Source: the human T2T-CHM13v2.0 reference genome, Homo sapiens. Taken from it: a stretch of 64,000 nucleotides of DNA. Shown here one piece after another: positions 13,541-25,745 of the stretch (position 1 is the stretch's first letter; every line of letters starts with the position of its first letter). The stretch lies in assembly GCF_009914755.1 (NCBI RefSeq), contig NC_060940.1; one strand, 5' to 3'. Below the pieces are notes generated by a model. The model had not been told where the DNA came from. It was given only the letters and a program-made list of their open reading frames with translations, and made no database searches. A program made the position numbers and the translations under genes.

Positions 13541-13639
13541 GCAGAACAGAGGAGAGCATTTAAATAGCACAGTTGAGCTTTTCAAAGTAATTTCTTTCCT
13601 ACTTCTTCATGTGGTCCTTGCAGCAAAGAGTCAGTGTGG

Positions 13640-14600
13640 CAGAGCACTGGACAGTATGCTTCCTGAGGACAGGACATGAGGATGCTTTGGTCGATGTCTT
13701 CCTCACCTGGCAGGCACTCAGTTCATAACTGTTGAGAGGATGAGTGAACTCATTTTTATGATATGAATTCAGCCTTTCTCAGGACCTCCCCACCCCTTTA
13801 TCTTAAATGATTCACAAGCCATTCCTTGAATCAATCTGCCGTTTCCTGCTATTTCTGAGCTTTTGCCTGAATTATTCCTTCCACCTAGAATGCTTTCTCT
13901 GCTTCCTCTGCCTCCCATATTCTCATCCATCCTTAAAACCCAGGATAAATGCATCTCCTTTATGAAGCTTACTTTGATTTCCACCGGTCTGATAGAATGG
14001 CTTTTCTCCCTCTCTAAACTCCTGTGGGGAAGGAGATAAAGACTCAGACAGACCTGGGTTGGAATCTCTCCATTGTGTCACTTCCAGGCTGTGTGACCTT
14101 GGGCAAGTCATTTAACTACTCTAAGCCCAACTATATAATGTTGGGATAAAAAATACTCCCAACTTCTTATGCATATTGTGGAGAACAGATGAAATACAGA
14201 GTACAAATTTTCTGTGGGTCGTAGCACAAAGAAGATAGCAATTCTTAGAGGTACTACTGTTACCCCTGTTTCACAGGCGAGGCATTCTGTGATTAAATAA
14301 CCCATGCCTAAGGTCAAAGGACTCTTCATTCACTTGTTCCTTCACAAGTCAATATTTATCGAGCCCCTACTATGTGCCAAGCACTGTGGGTGCTAGGAGA
14401 CAGTGGTGAACAAGACAGATGAAATTCCTGCACTCATATTCATGAAGGAAAGTGGTTCTGACATAAAGAGATAAGAGATATGTGTGATGAATGTTACACG
14501 GGGGAAGTTTAGGGTATTATGGGGAGGGAATATCAAGATGTTGGAACTTGGCCATAAGACTTCCCTGAGTTATGATAATTAAATTGATATGAGAAGAACA
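13640..14600. mobile_element. Cluster of L2 and MIR relics (L2 +, MIR + 14030-14250, MIR -, L2 - 14320-14600)
   Basis: cagacctgggttggaatc…tgtgaccttgggcaagtcatttaac; atatttatcgagcccctactatgtgccaagcactg. Confidence 0.7.
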
Positions 14601-14637
14601 TAAGCCTTCTTCGCCCTGTCACATAGAAGTCAGGTTT

Positions 14638-14905
14638 GGCCAGGTGTGGTGGCTCATGCCTGTAATCCCAGAATTTTGGGAGGCTGAGGCAGAAGGATTG
14701 CTTGTGCCCAGGCGTTTGAGACCAGCCTGGGCAACATAGCGAGACCCCTGTCTCTACAAAAATAAAAATAAAAATGTCAGCCTAGAGGGGTGGTACACGT
14801 GTGTTGTCTTAGCTACTTGGGATGCCAAGGTGGGAGGTTCACTTGAGCCCAGAAATTTGAGGCTGCAGTGAGCTAGAATCACCCCACTGCACTCTAGCAT
14901 GGAGA
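14638..14905 (+). mobile_element. AluJ lacking its 3' end and A tail
   Basis: J diagnostics gaggctgcagtgagct and aggattgcttg; ends at gcactctagcatgg. Confidence 0.9.
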
Positions 14906-16274
14906 CATCTGGGGCTTCTGGCTTGGGCAGCCTGGCACCCTCTTTGCAGATCTCCAGGGGCATGTAGCCCCCTTCCTATCAAGCTGGGGACTGGGGGAAG
15001 AGGATGATTTTCTTCATGACTCTGGCTGGTCTATCCTAGCCCTCCTTATTAGTGCCGCCAGTCATTCTATCATTCTCCTTCACGTGTCTCTCCTCTCCAG
15101 CCAGACTTCCGATGATATTTCATTGTTCTCTGAAATTACCTCCATGAAATTTTAAATAAAAATGAGAAATGGGCTCTTACAGCTTCTACAATGGCTCCAT
15201 GCAATTTTTCCTTCCCCCCGCCCCGGCCCACAATCAACAAAGTAAACACAGCCCCTGCTCACGGACCAGTTTTCCCTAGAGGCTTTTGATAGAGGATGCG
15301 AGATGGAGGCTTGCACACAGGCAGCACACAGACTGTCGGCAGACAGCAGTTAAAACTCTGGGAATTTCACATTAAAATCCATATTTCTGACTTCTGAAAA
15401 AAGATCAGAAATGGCAGCACCATCCCCTCATCTTCTCACAGCAATATTTGGCTTTAGCTGAGGGGCAGCTGTCTCCTGTAGATGAGGAATGCAACCTGCC
15501 ATTCACCACAGACCCCACTTCTCCCTATTGATCCCCAGCCCAGTCTGCTTAAGTCATTTTCCAAGTTTGCTTGGTCTCTGAAGGCACTCAAGCTTGCACT
15601 GAATTTTAATTTGGATTTAAAGTGGATCTGGCACATTGTAAGTGGTGGATTGAGTAGCTATTATTAATAGTAGTAATGGTAATAATATTCAAAGAGTACA
15701 GTTCCAAGGCTGGATAAACAGGATATAGGACTTTCTTGCATAGCAGTCACATAAGAATACTGATAACCAAGCATTCATAACAACACCCTCCCTCCTTTCT
15801 AATCAGCACTCCTACATTAGAACGTTTCTTAGTAAATTGCACAAAATTCCTATCCATAATAGAAACAGTGCATGTTGCAGCTAGGTGATTATTATTATTT
15901 ACTATCACCCGTAATTATACATAATTTCAATAATTGCCCAAACACAGACTACATGAATAAATATTCCTTAGGAAAACACAAATTAATGAAAAGAGAATCC
16001 AAGCTGACAGTGAGATCTGTAGGATCCTGAGGGCACTTTCTCTTTTAAGTGAGGCCGAAGTGACAAGCACAGAGGGGATCACCGGGAACACGGGCTTGCC
16101 AGGCATTTGGATCTTCTTGGGAATGGATTCAGGACAGTGAGTATCTCTGGCTCAGTCTGTAACAATTTCTTTCTCCATCAATGACAAAGAATAATAGTTT
16201 AGCTGACCTGAATTTGCATTCTACTAAACTGGTGAGTGTCCTTCTGTTCCAGTGATCTTTCTTTCTCTCCTTTC

Positions 16275-16620
16275 TTCATTCAACAGTGATTGAGTAGCTG
16301 TCATGTACTGTGGACATTGTCCTGGGTGCTAGTGATACTGCAGGGTGCAAGACAGCCACGGAAACTGACTCGTTGGAGTTTATAGCATAGCATCCTTCTC
16401 CTCTTGGCTCTTGGAGTATGCGATCCAGTCTGTTATTCCACAAGTACTTGCTGATCACCTACCCTATGCCAGTCAGGGATCCAGATGTTGAGTAGTCTGC
16501 AGTAATCAAGCCAGATAAAGTCTTCCTCTCTTGGAGTTCACATATTAGAGGGAGAAGACTCATAAATACACAATTAAAGCAAGAGAATTACAGCCAGTGA
16601 CAAGTGCTATGATGAAAACC
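16275..16620 (-). mobile_element. L2 fragments
   Basis: tcattcaaca…ttgagtagct…; caagtacttgctgatcacctaccctatgccag. Confidence 0.65.
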
Positions 16621-16629
16621 TGGATTTGG

Positions 16630-16950
16630 GGCTGGGTGCTGTGGTTCACGCCTGTAATCTCAGCACTTTGGGAGGCCAAGGCAGGCGGATTACCTGACGT
16701 CAGGAGTTCGAGACTAGCCCGGCCAACATGGTGAAACCTTGTCTGTACTAAAAATACAAAAGTTAGCTGGGCGTGGTGGTGTGTGCCTATAATCCCAGCT
16801 ACTCAGGAGACTGAGGCAGGAGAATCACTTGAAACTGGGAGGTGGAGGTTGCAGTGAGCCAAGATTGTGCCACTGCACTCCAGACTTGGTGACAGAGTGA
16901 GCGAGACTCCATCTCCAAAAAAAAAAAAAAAAAAAAAGAAAGAAAAGGAA
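16630..16950 (+). mobile_element. AluSx-like
   Basis: Full dimer; TSD aaaacctgg(a/g)tttg. Confidence 0.95.
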
Positions 16951-16954
16951 AAAA

Positions 16955-17455
16955 AACCTGGGTTTGAATCCAAGCTTTGCCAGTGTCATATGTTCTTGAA
17001 CATTTCACTGCTTTACATCTCAGAGTCTTAGTTTTCTCATCTGTAACGTGGGGGCAAAGACAGCACCTGCCTGTCAGGATCGAAGAAAGGAGTAAATGAA
17101 ATATGGCATATAAAATACTTAGACAATGCCCAGCACATATTAGGCACTCAATAAATACGTATTTTTAAAAGAGCGAGAGATCTGCATCCTACTGGTGCTT
17201 CCAAGGTCAACTCAAGGCTTACCTCCTCCTTGAAGCGTTCAGTTGCCTCCCCCACCTCCTTCATGTCCTCCACCACACACAGTGCCTTCGCTCTTCTAGA
17301 ACCAAGCTGAGTACTGCTGATTTATTTTACCTGCTAATTATCTGTCTCGCCAAACCTGACTAAGCTCCTTTAAGTCTTTTGCAACCCCACTCCCATGCAC
17401 CTAACACCCTACTGAGCCCTTGGTAGGCGCTCAATACAGGTTTATTGATTGACAA
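16955..17455 (+). mobile_element. MIR (16955-17160) followed by an L2 3' fragment
   Basis: cctgggtttgaatcc…gttttctcatctgtaa…taggcactcaataaata; ggtaggcgctcaata…tttattgattga. Confidence 0.7.
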
Positions 17456-18188
17456 CATGTACCTGAGTTGACTTCCTTTGTCTTGATGCCTAGTCACCTT
17501 CTGTAGATAAGGTAAAGGGGAGATGTGTGTGTTGTGGTGTTGGGATCAAATTAGGAACCCCCTCACTCCTACAGGGAGGTTGGCACTCATGTGAGTAAGG
17601 CTATTAGGACTATAGTCCCCAGATTTACAAAGGCTGAATGCAGTAGATAACCCCCTCCTTTCTTGCATGAAGGAGAAATAAAGGATAATCGCAGGGCTTT
17701 CTTCAGCTCCATTTGTGTGTGTGAGGAGCGTTACACTGGCAGTAATTACAGAAGAAAAGGAAATGGAATAAGTGCCAAAGGATGAATTAGTTGTACTTGA
17801 CCTAATTAAAATCTTGTAGAAAGAATTCTTCTCTTACTTGCAAAGGTGATCTAACATAACCTTGAAGCCATTGTATTAACCACTGTACTTTTCATTTTAA
17901 CGGGAACAAATGGCAGAAAGATCACTTGGGAAAGGCAACATTTCACTCGCCTTTCAGAAATTAAATGACCCTGATTTCTGAACCACTTCCTCTCAATGAA
18001 ATTAAATTGCATTGAACCCGGTCAGTTAACAAGGGGAAGTTAATCAAGCCAGAGGAGGAGTTCACCCAACTGATTCTCTGGCAGGAGGACTTTGGGAAGC
18101 TTCTGGAAAAGGAAAAACAAACAAACAGAGGAAAGAGGATTGGACCTTTGGTCGAAGTGTGCTGAATTTGATTTTTTGCTTTGTTTGA

Positions 18189-18238
18189 ACACACACACAT
18201 ACACACAGAGGGGGACAGAGAGAGAGAGAGATGGAGAG
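18189..18238 (+). repeat. (CA)n/(GA)n compound microsatellite
   Basis: acacacacacatacacac…gagagagagagag. Confidence 0.85.
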
Positions 18239-18289
18239 AAACATAGTTGCTCCAGCGGTCTGGATATAACAACCACACCATGATAATGA

Positions 18290-18500
18290 TCAATTGTGTA
18301 TTTCTGATTGTACTAAGCCCTTTGTACGGGTTATCTCATTCATTCTTACATCTATTCATACAAGCTGCTATTATTCCCCCCATTTTGCATATAAGAAAAT
18401 TGAGGCTCAGAGATGTCAAGTACTGGCTGACATCACATATCTTAACCAAATGACAGAGCTGGAGCCAGAATCCAGGTTGGCCAGATTCTGAAACCACTGT
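18290..18500 (-). mobile_element. MIR
   Basis: cccattttgcatataagaaaattgaggctcagaga…. Confidence 0.75.
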
Positions 18501-18874
18501 GGTATATTTTCAACCAAATTAGATGGGTGCTTGCCCACAGTCTCATTCATCACAATTCTGTGGATCTTTTGTTCCAACTAGGCTATGTCACTGATAGGAC
18601 TGTTTTTCTCAAAATGCCAGTGGCCCTTTAATCAATGTGGGAGGTGCCTTTGTGGCATATAGGGTTATGGTTTCATAATGGTGAAACTTTTGTAACTTGC
18701 ACTTAGTGGCTGTTCATCATGACTATTGTTCAGTATAAATTGGTAGGTGCATGAGAAATGCCATAGGTAAGGGCTTAACAGATAATGTGACTCTAGTCCT
18801 CATGGACTGATAATAGATTTTCCATCCAAATACGGGGAATGGAGCTACCAGTTGAGGTAGCTAAAGAGAGAAAA

Positions 18875-19115
18875 AGTATAGTGTAGTCATTATGTGTGCA
18901 CACCTCGGGTTCTGATTGCCTCAGCAATCCTGGGATGTACCACTCTGTAGTTTTGCAACTTTGAGTAAATTATGTGAGATCTCTGTGACTCTATTTCTTC
19001 ATCTTCAGAATGGAGAGGATTACAGTACCTACCGTGTAAGTGTGTTGTGAAGATTAAATGACAGAATTATACAATTAGCATACAGTAAGTACTTGCCTAG
19101 TGAATGTTCGTTCTT
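18875..19115 (+). mobile_element. MIR
   Basis: …tttcttcatcttcagaatggag…cagtacctacc…gttgtgaagattaaatga. Confidence 0.7.
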
Positions 19116-19609
19116 AAGATTCAAAATTTGGTCCCTGGTCATCGAAAAACCTGAGCTTCTGGAAGAAGACAGAAGTGGTCAGTTCCCTGGAAGCTGGTTA
19201 CCAAGAGAGACCTGTTCAGAGATGAACTGGGTTTGAACAGATGGAGGAAAAGGAAACTAACAGCTAGGAAATGGAAGTGTCCATAGGATTTGCTGTGTTC
19301 TCAGCAAATGTCTCAGGTAGGTGTCCAGGGACAGAACCCTTGCTAGGTAAACCTAGGTAAGACAGAGGGAGTGAATGCAACTCAGGAGAATCCCTCCATA
19401 TTTTCATCCTTCAGTCCATTTATTCTTCTGTCTTTCTATTCTTCTATCCTTCCACCCTTCCATTCATCCATCCACCCATCCTTTCCTTCTAGAGTCTGCC
19501 ATCCTTCTAGACTTCCACTCATGCTTCTATCCTGTGTTTCTGTCCCTTTTGTAATTTCATCTGTTCACCCATCCATACCTTGTAATCACCTATTCTTTTA
19601 TCCTTGGTA

Positions 19610-19745
19610 TATCTTAGTGGTGAAAAAGGTAGAATGTGGACATGGAAAGTCTGGGTTGAAATCCTATGTCATTTACTACCTGTGTGGCTTTGGGCAAATG
19701 TTTTAACCTCTTCAAACTCCAGTTTCCCCATTTATAAATTGAGAC
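19610..19745 (+). mobile_element. MIR fragment
   Basis: ctgggttgaaatcc…tgtgtggctttgggcaa…cagtttccccatttataaa. Confidence 0.7.
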
Positions 19746-19749
19746 TGTC

Positions 19750-20455
<706 letters not shown>

Positions 20456-20469
20456 AGAGCTGTCACCTA

Positions 20470-20710
20470 TCGTGTGCTTAGGAGGTGTCAGGCTCAGTGC
20501 TACATGCTTTGCCTGAGTCATTTCACTGAATCCTCCTAATGACCCTAAGAGTTAGATACTATTTTTTATTTCCATTTCACAGATGGGGAGAAGGATGCTT
20601 ACAGAGTTTAACGAACTTGCTAGGATCATGTAACTGCTAAGTAGCTGAGCTTGGAATCAGCCATAAATCATTTGACTCTGACATGCACCCTGCAGCTCTA
20701 GGCTGCTCCC
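20470..20710 (-). mobile_element. MIR
   Basis: tcatttcactgaatcctc…tccatttcacagatggggag…. Confidence 0.7.
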
Positions 20711-20824
20711 TGTGCAAGGATGGTGAGGATGTCCTTGTGAGGTTGTGGAATAGGGACCACTTGCAAGAGGTGCTGCTGATATCAAAGGAGTAAGAGGACT
20801 TGACCCCAGCTGATTGTGGGAAGC

Positions 20825-20980
20825 ATGAATGCTGGTAAGCTGACTCTCTGGGAGGGGATGGGAAATTGGGAAGCCTTGGTTTGTAGTGTTTTCCAATTTA
20901 GGTGGTATAAGTACTTCCCCCATGGCTGATTTCAAGTTTCTAGCATGATACAACCAAATGGGAGTTGGGAAGAGACAGCA
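20825..20980 (-). mobile_element. MER63-like hAT MITE fragment
   Basis: ggtttgtagtgttt…ccatggctgatttcaag…ggagttgggaagaga. Confidence 0.65.
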
Positions 20981-21234
20981 GGAAGTACAGAAGAGCTAAG
21001 GATGACTTTGGAGTCTTCAGCTTGTGGCTGAGTACAGGTAGGCGTGGTTAACAGTTACAGGGACTTTCTAATTTCCCTTAGGTCAGACGCAGCTTTAAGA
21101 ATTCCCTGAAAACTGGAAAACCGTTTCCCCAGAAAATTTCTTATTGTCACAAAATTCTGAAAACACTTCAAGGTTTTCATGGTTATACCAGAGCCCTTAT
21201 GCTTCATAAAAAAAATCCTAGTGATATTTAAAAA

Positions 21235-21760
21235 ATAAGTCAACAATAAGGATACATTTAGCTCACACGTCTGTGGCTTGGCTGGGGATTGGCTGATCAG
21301 GCTAGGCTAGTTGCAGGGGCACCACTCCAGGTGTGGGTCATTCTCTGCCTGGGATCAGCAGGCTAGCTCAAGCTTGGGCACACAGCAATGGCAGAAACAC
21401 AAGATGGTAAATGGAAACATTCAAGGCCTCTTAAACCCAGCCCTTGACTTTGGGTTTGGACGTGTGACTTTTTTGGCTAATGGAATTAGGTGAAAGCAGC
21501 GTGGTACAGAAACACAAGATAGTAAGTGGAAACATTCAAGGCTTGTAGCTGGTACCATGCTGCTTCCACCTAATTCCACTAGCTAAAGGAAGTCACATGT
21601 TCAAATCTGATTGGAAGTCACATGTTCAAATCTGAAGTCAAAAGGTGGGGAAATCCATTCTGTCCTTTTAGTGAAAAGGACTGAAAGTCACATGGCAAAG
21701 AACATGGATGCAAGGAGGTGTGGGGGAAATTGAGGCCAGTGAAACAATCTTTCCCAGGGA
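21235..21760 (-). mobile_element. MLT1-type MaLR LTR with an internal rearrangement
   Basis: tctgtggcttggctgggg…aagtcacatg…ctgaaagtcacatggcaaag. Confidence 0.65.
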
Positions 21761-22499
21761 TGTCTGTCCAGGTGAGCAGAACATACCCTTTCCCTGAGGG
21801 AAATAGGCCTCAGGATTTTCAGCCCAAGCTTTGCCTTTAACCTTTACCCAACCTCTTTTGATCCTTTACCTTGGTGAGGACCTACAGGCTTGGGCCTCCT
21901 TCCTTTCCTCCTCTGCAATTGGGAAGACTGGCTTTGTCCCACCATTTAGAGACACAAGCATTACATCATCTCTCCTTTGCCACTTTGACAAGCCAAGCGA
22001 CTTTCTCCCTACCAGTTTTTTGAGAAAGCAAGCAAACCCTTCAAAAAGGTGCTGCAAATGCAACTTTCCCTGATACATCTTAAAATTAGTGCCTTTTTTA
22101 TTTTTACAAGTAGGTCTTGTTTATACCACACACATGACAACAACAAAAAAGAAAGATAATTAGACATATACACTGCAATCAAGCATAGTGGGTTCGTTGG
22201 AATCATTAAACTTAATTACTTTCACTTGTTATTCCTGGGGCCATAATATCAGTATTAAATGCCAATGGAATCTGCAGTATGTTTGATTTAGCTAAAACAA
22301 GGACTTGGTAATTTACTGCCTCTTTGAGAGATTTTTATCAAAGTGAGGAATACGCTGAGTACCTCCACTTGCTTCTCATGGGGACTGCTGCAAAACTCCT
22401 TTGCTGAGAGACTGGAGCGTTGTCTTTATGCAACCTGTCTCAGTGCTCTGAGAGAGGCTCTTCTTAAGATTCCTGCCTGTCTCCGGGCAGAATTAACCA

Positions 22500-22700
22500 C
22501 AAGTGCTAACCACAGGCACTAAGCCCTTACATTGGGCATATCTTCCTTAATCCTCACAATTACCTCAGTTTTGCAGAAAAGGAAACTGAGGTCCCCAGAG
22601 GTTAAGTAACTTGCCTGAGGTCACACAGCATGTAAGAGGCAGGTCCAGGATCTTTGCCAAAGGAGAAGTTTTCTGAGTCCAGCATGGATGCTATCCCTCT
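22500..22700 (-). mobile_element. MIR
   Basis: aatcctcacaa…ggaaactgagg…gaggttaagtaacttgcctgaggtcacacagc. Confidence 0.8.
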
Positions 22701-22967
22701 GTTTGCAGTTCCCCAAATCTTGGTGTTAGCTTCTCCTTTCGACCTTTCTTTCATTTCTTTTTGATTAGTCTTATGAATGAACTCTCTCAACCTCAAATTC
22801 TGATAAAAGCCAAGATTTGTTAATGTTTTCATTGTGCCTGCCATTGTACTGGGGTTCTAAATAATTCATCTCACATAATCCTCCCAATAACCCTATGCTA
22901 TAGCACATGTTCATTATATGTGGTTGTTATTATTACTATGATTACATATCGACATATCTATGTGTCA

Positions 22968-23005
22968 TCCAGCCTGGGCAACAGAGCGAGACTCCAAGTC
23001 AAAAA
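22968..23005 (+). mobile_element. Severely 5'-truncated Alu (~38 bp)
   Basis: tccagcctgggcaacagagcgagactcc…caaaaa. Confidence 0.8.
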
Positions 23006-23022
23006 TATATATATATATACAC

Positions 23023-23063
<41 letters not shown>
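23005..23063 (+). repeat. (TA)n(TG)n microsatellite
   Basis: Direct read. Confidence 0.95.
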
Positions 23064-23065
<2 letters not shown>

Positions 23066-23079
23066 ACTGATGTTAGCAC

Positions 23080-23600
23080 CTGTGTTAGGCAGTTAGGAGT
23101 GTGTTCCTCTGCAGGTAAAAGCTGATCACAGCAGTTTCACCCAATCTTTATTTGCTTATTTATTTATTTATTTTCTTACATCATGTCAAATATAGAGTGG
23201 CAGCATGAGCTGTTATGGCTGTTCATGATGACATTATAAATGCAGCCTCCTTCCATTTTCAGCTCATTCATCTTTAGAGGTTGGCTTTTTTTTTTTTTTT
23301 ATGGTTGCAAAAAGGCTGCTTTACCTCCAGGCATTGCATGTGTCTTCAAGACAGGAAAAAGGAGAAAGGTGGAGGGCAGGAGGCAAACTCCTCTTCTGTA
23401 CTATTATTTGTGCAAGGTCTCCCTCCCTGAAGTCTATTACCAACATCTGACTTTGTAGAAGTGCCTTGTGGCCACTCATTGCTCAAGGGAGTCTGGGAAG
23501 GACATTTTATTTCAGCTGCATACGTGAGTGCCATGAACAAAAAGAAGGCTCTTACGGTAAAGAAAGAGGAGAATGAATATGGCAGAAAGAACTAGCCTTG
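23080..23600 (-). mobile_element. Old ERVL/MaLR LTR (LTR33/MLT1-like)
   Basis: …aggctgctttacctccaggcattgcat…gctcaagggagtctgggaag…. Confidence 0.55.
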
Positions 23601-24469
23601 TCTGGGAGAGCATCTGCGGAGGACCACATCAACAAGCCTTGCTAATTGAAGGCAGGTCAAAGGATTTGAGGTATTTCCCCTTGAAAAGCTTCATTTCACT
23701 TTGTATTATTTCCTTTAACACCCACACAACCTTTTGAGGAAATTGGTCCACTTTCATTCTTAGGTGCTCTCAAAGAACATTTCCCCAGCCAGTTTCAGCC
23801 AGAACGAGGAACAGGAAGAGGTAGGGGCTGTCTCTGCCCAGGAAAGACCTGAACAGGGCTCATGTCTTCCCCAGCTAACAGGGATGGCAGGCTGGGGAGA
23901 GCCATTTGGACTGGGAATTGGGATGGAGGATGGGTGGAGATTTAATTATGCAATTATCTAGGCTTGGAGTCAAACCTCTCAACATGCTCCTAATTAATTG
24001 ATCAGATGCACCACCTGCTGACCCTCTCTCCTCTACAGGCTCCCAGAATGCACCAGGATGGAGGAGGTAGCACAGAGTCTGCTCATGCTTGGGGAATTGG
24101 GGAGTTCCCCATTAAATGAGTGTGCAGTCAATTAACATATGAGCCCCGGGACCCTCTGAGCATGGCTAGTAATGATCAATTAGAGCTAGTAGATGAGGGC
24201 TGTGAGGAAGAGGGAGCTGTCTTAGCTTGTTGATTATGTGTGTTAGAAGGGCAGTGGGTAGACAGTGGTAATTTCCAATAGCCATTTCCAGCACAGATAA
24301 ATTCTATGTTCCAGGGAGGAATGGAGTAGGAAAACAGCAGTAGCAAGTGTCCTGTCGTGCCAACTCAATAATGATAACTGACATGTGACTGTGAGGATTT
24401 TTTTTTAATTTTTAAAGAATGTTTAATTATAAGAATTATGTAAAATAATAATGTGTCATCACATTTCAT

Positions 24470-24700
24470 GAGTGATTGCTGTGCATGGGAGGGACACTGT
24501 GCTCAGTGCTCTGCTTACATATCTCACCGAGTGCTTACGATAGCTTATAAGAAAGTTAACACCTTGTAGTTCAGATAAGGCTTGGAAAGGTGATGGGATT
24601 TGCTCAAGTCACACAACTAGGAAGTAGAAGAGCAAGAATTTGAACTTAGTTTTGTCTGGATCCAGAGCCTGTCCCTTTAAACACTAATCATTCTATCCCT
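24470..24700 (-). mobile_element. MIR
   Basis: cactgtgct…gtcacacaactaggaagt…gaatttgaac…. Confidence 0.6.
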
Positions 24701-25745
24701 AACTCATGTCATTTTAGGAAAATTGGATAATGCTAAAACGTATAAAGAAAGTAATCATCCATAATCCCAGTGCTGAGGGACAGTGTGTACAAGATATACT
24801 AATCTTTACCTTCCACAATCTTCTTAGCTTCTAGACCCATTTTCATTTCCTTTCATCCACCTCACTGCCTTTCACTTTTACCAGAGCTGTTCAAACCAAG
24901 GGTAAATAGCTGACTCATGGTGGGCCAGTTACATCTGTCTCTCTCCAATTTAAATTAGGGTCACAGAGACTGAGTCAGTTAGGTGGGGGAGGGTAGGGTT
25001 GCTGAACTGCAAAGGAGTGCGACCCATTGAGAGGGGTCCCAATGTGGAGTTGCCAGTGGAGTTTCCGTGATGGATATTGTGTAAGTGGATGTGTAAGCAA
25101 GGAAGCTGGTCTGCAATGAGAGGAAGAGGAAGCAGTTAGGATGAGAGGCAGATTTAACAGAACATGTGGTTCTGAAAAAGAGTGAGGTGAGAGAACACCC
25201 AAAAGATTATAGGTCTTTGAGATCAGCTTGTGCTCTCTACAATTGTGTCCATAGAACCAATCCTCTTTTAATTTAAGCTTCCTTCAGTGAGTTTCTCTTC
25301 TTGATAACCAAATGATCCCTGATCAAAGTACAACTACTGTTAACATACTGGAATGTTTTATTCTAGGCTTTTTTCCTTCTCCCCTCTTTCCTTCCTTTCA
25401 TTCTTGTTTATAACCTTGGATGCAGAGAGCTGAATCTCTCATGCTTCTCATCACAGCACACCATTGCCACTGGTCTACGCAATGCCTTCTCATTTTATTT
25501 ATCTCTACCCCATTCACTCCCAGTCCCTATTCCTAAACCCCTTCCCCATAGGCATCCACTCAAATGCTTTTGACATATATCCCTCATGCATGTTTACTTC
25601 TAAAATATGCAGTGCTGTTTTCTCCATGTATGTGATTTTGATATACTTACTTGGTGGTGTGTGATCAGTATCATTCATTTCCTTCCTTTTTTTGTAATTA
25701 ACACAATATTTTAAAGTTCTATTTCACTTTTTTTTAACTTAATAC

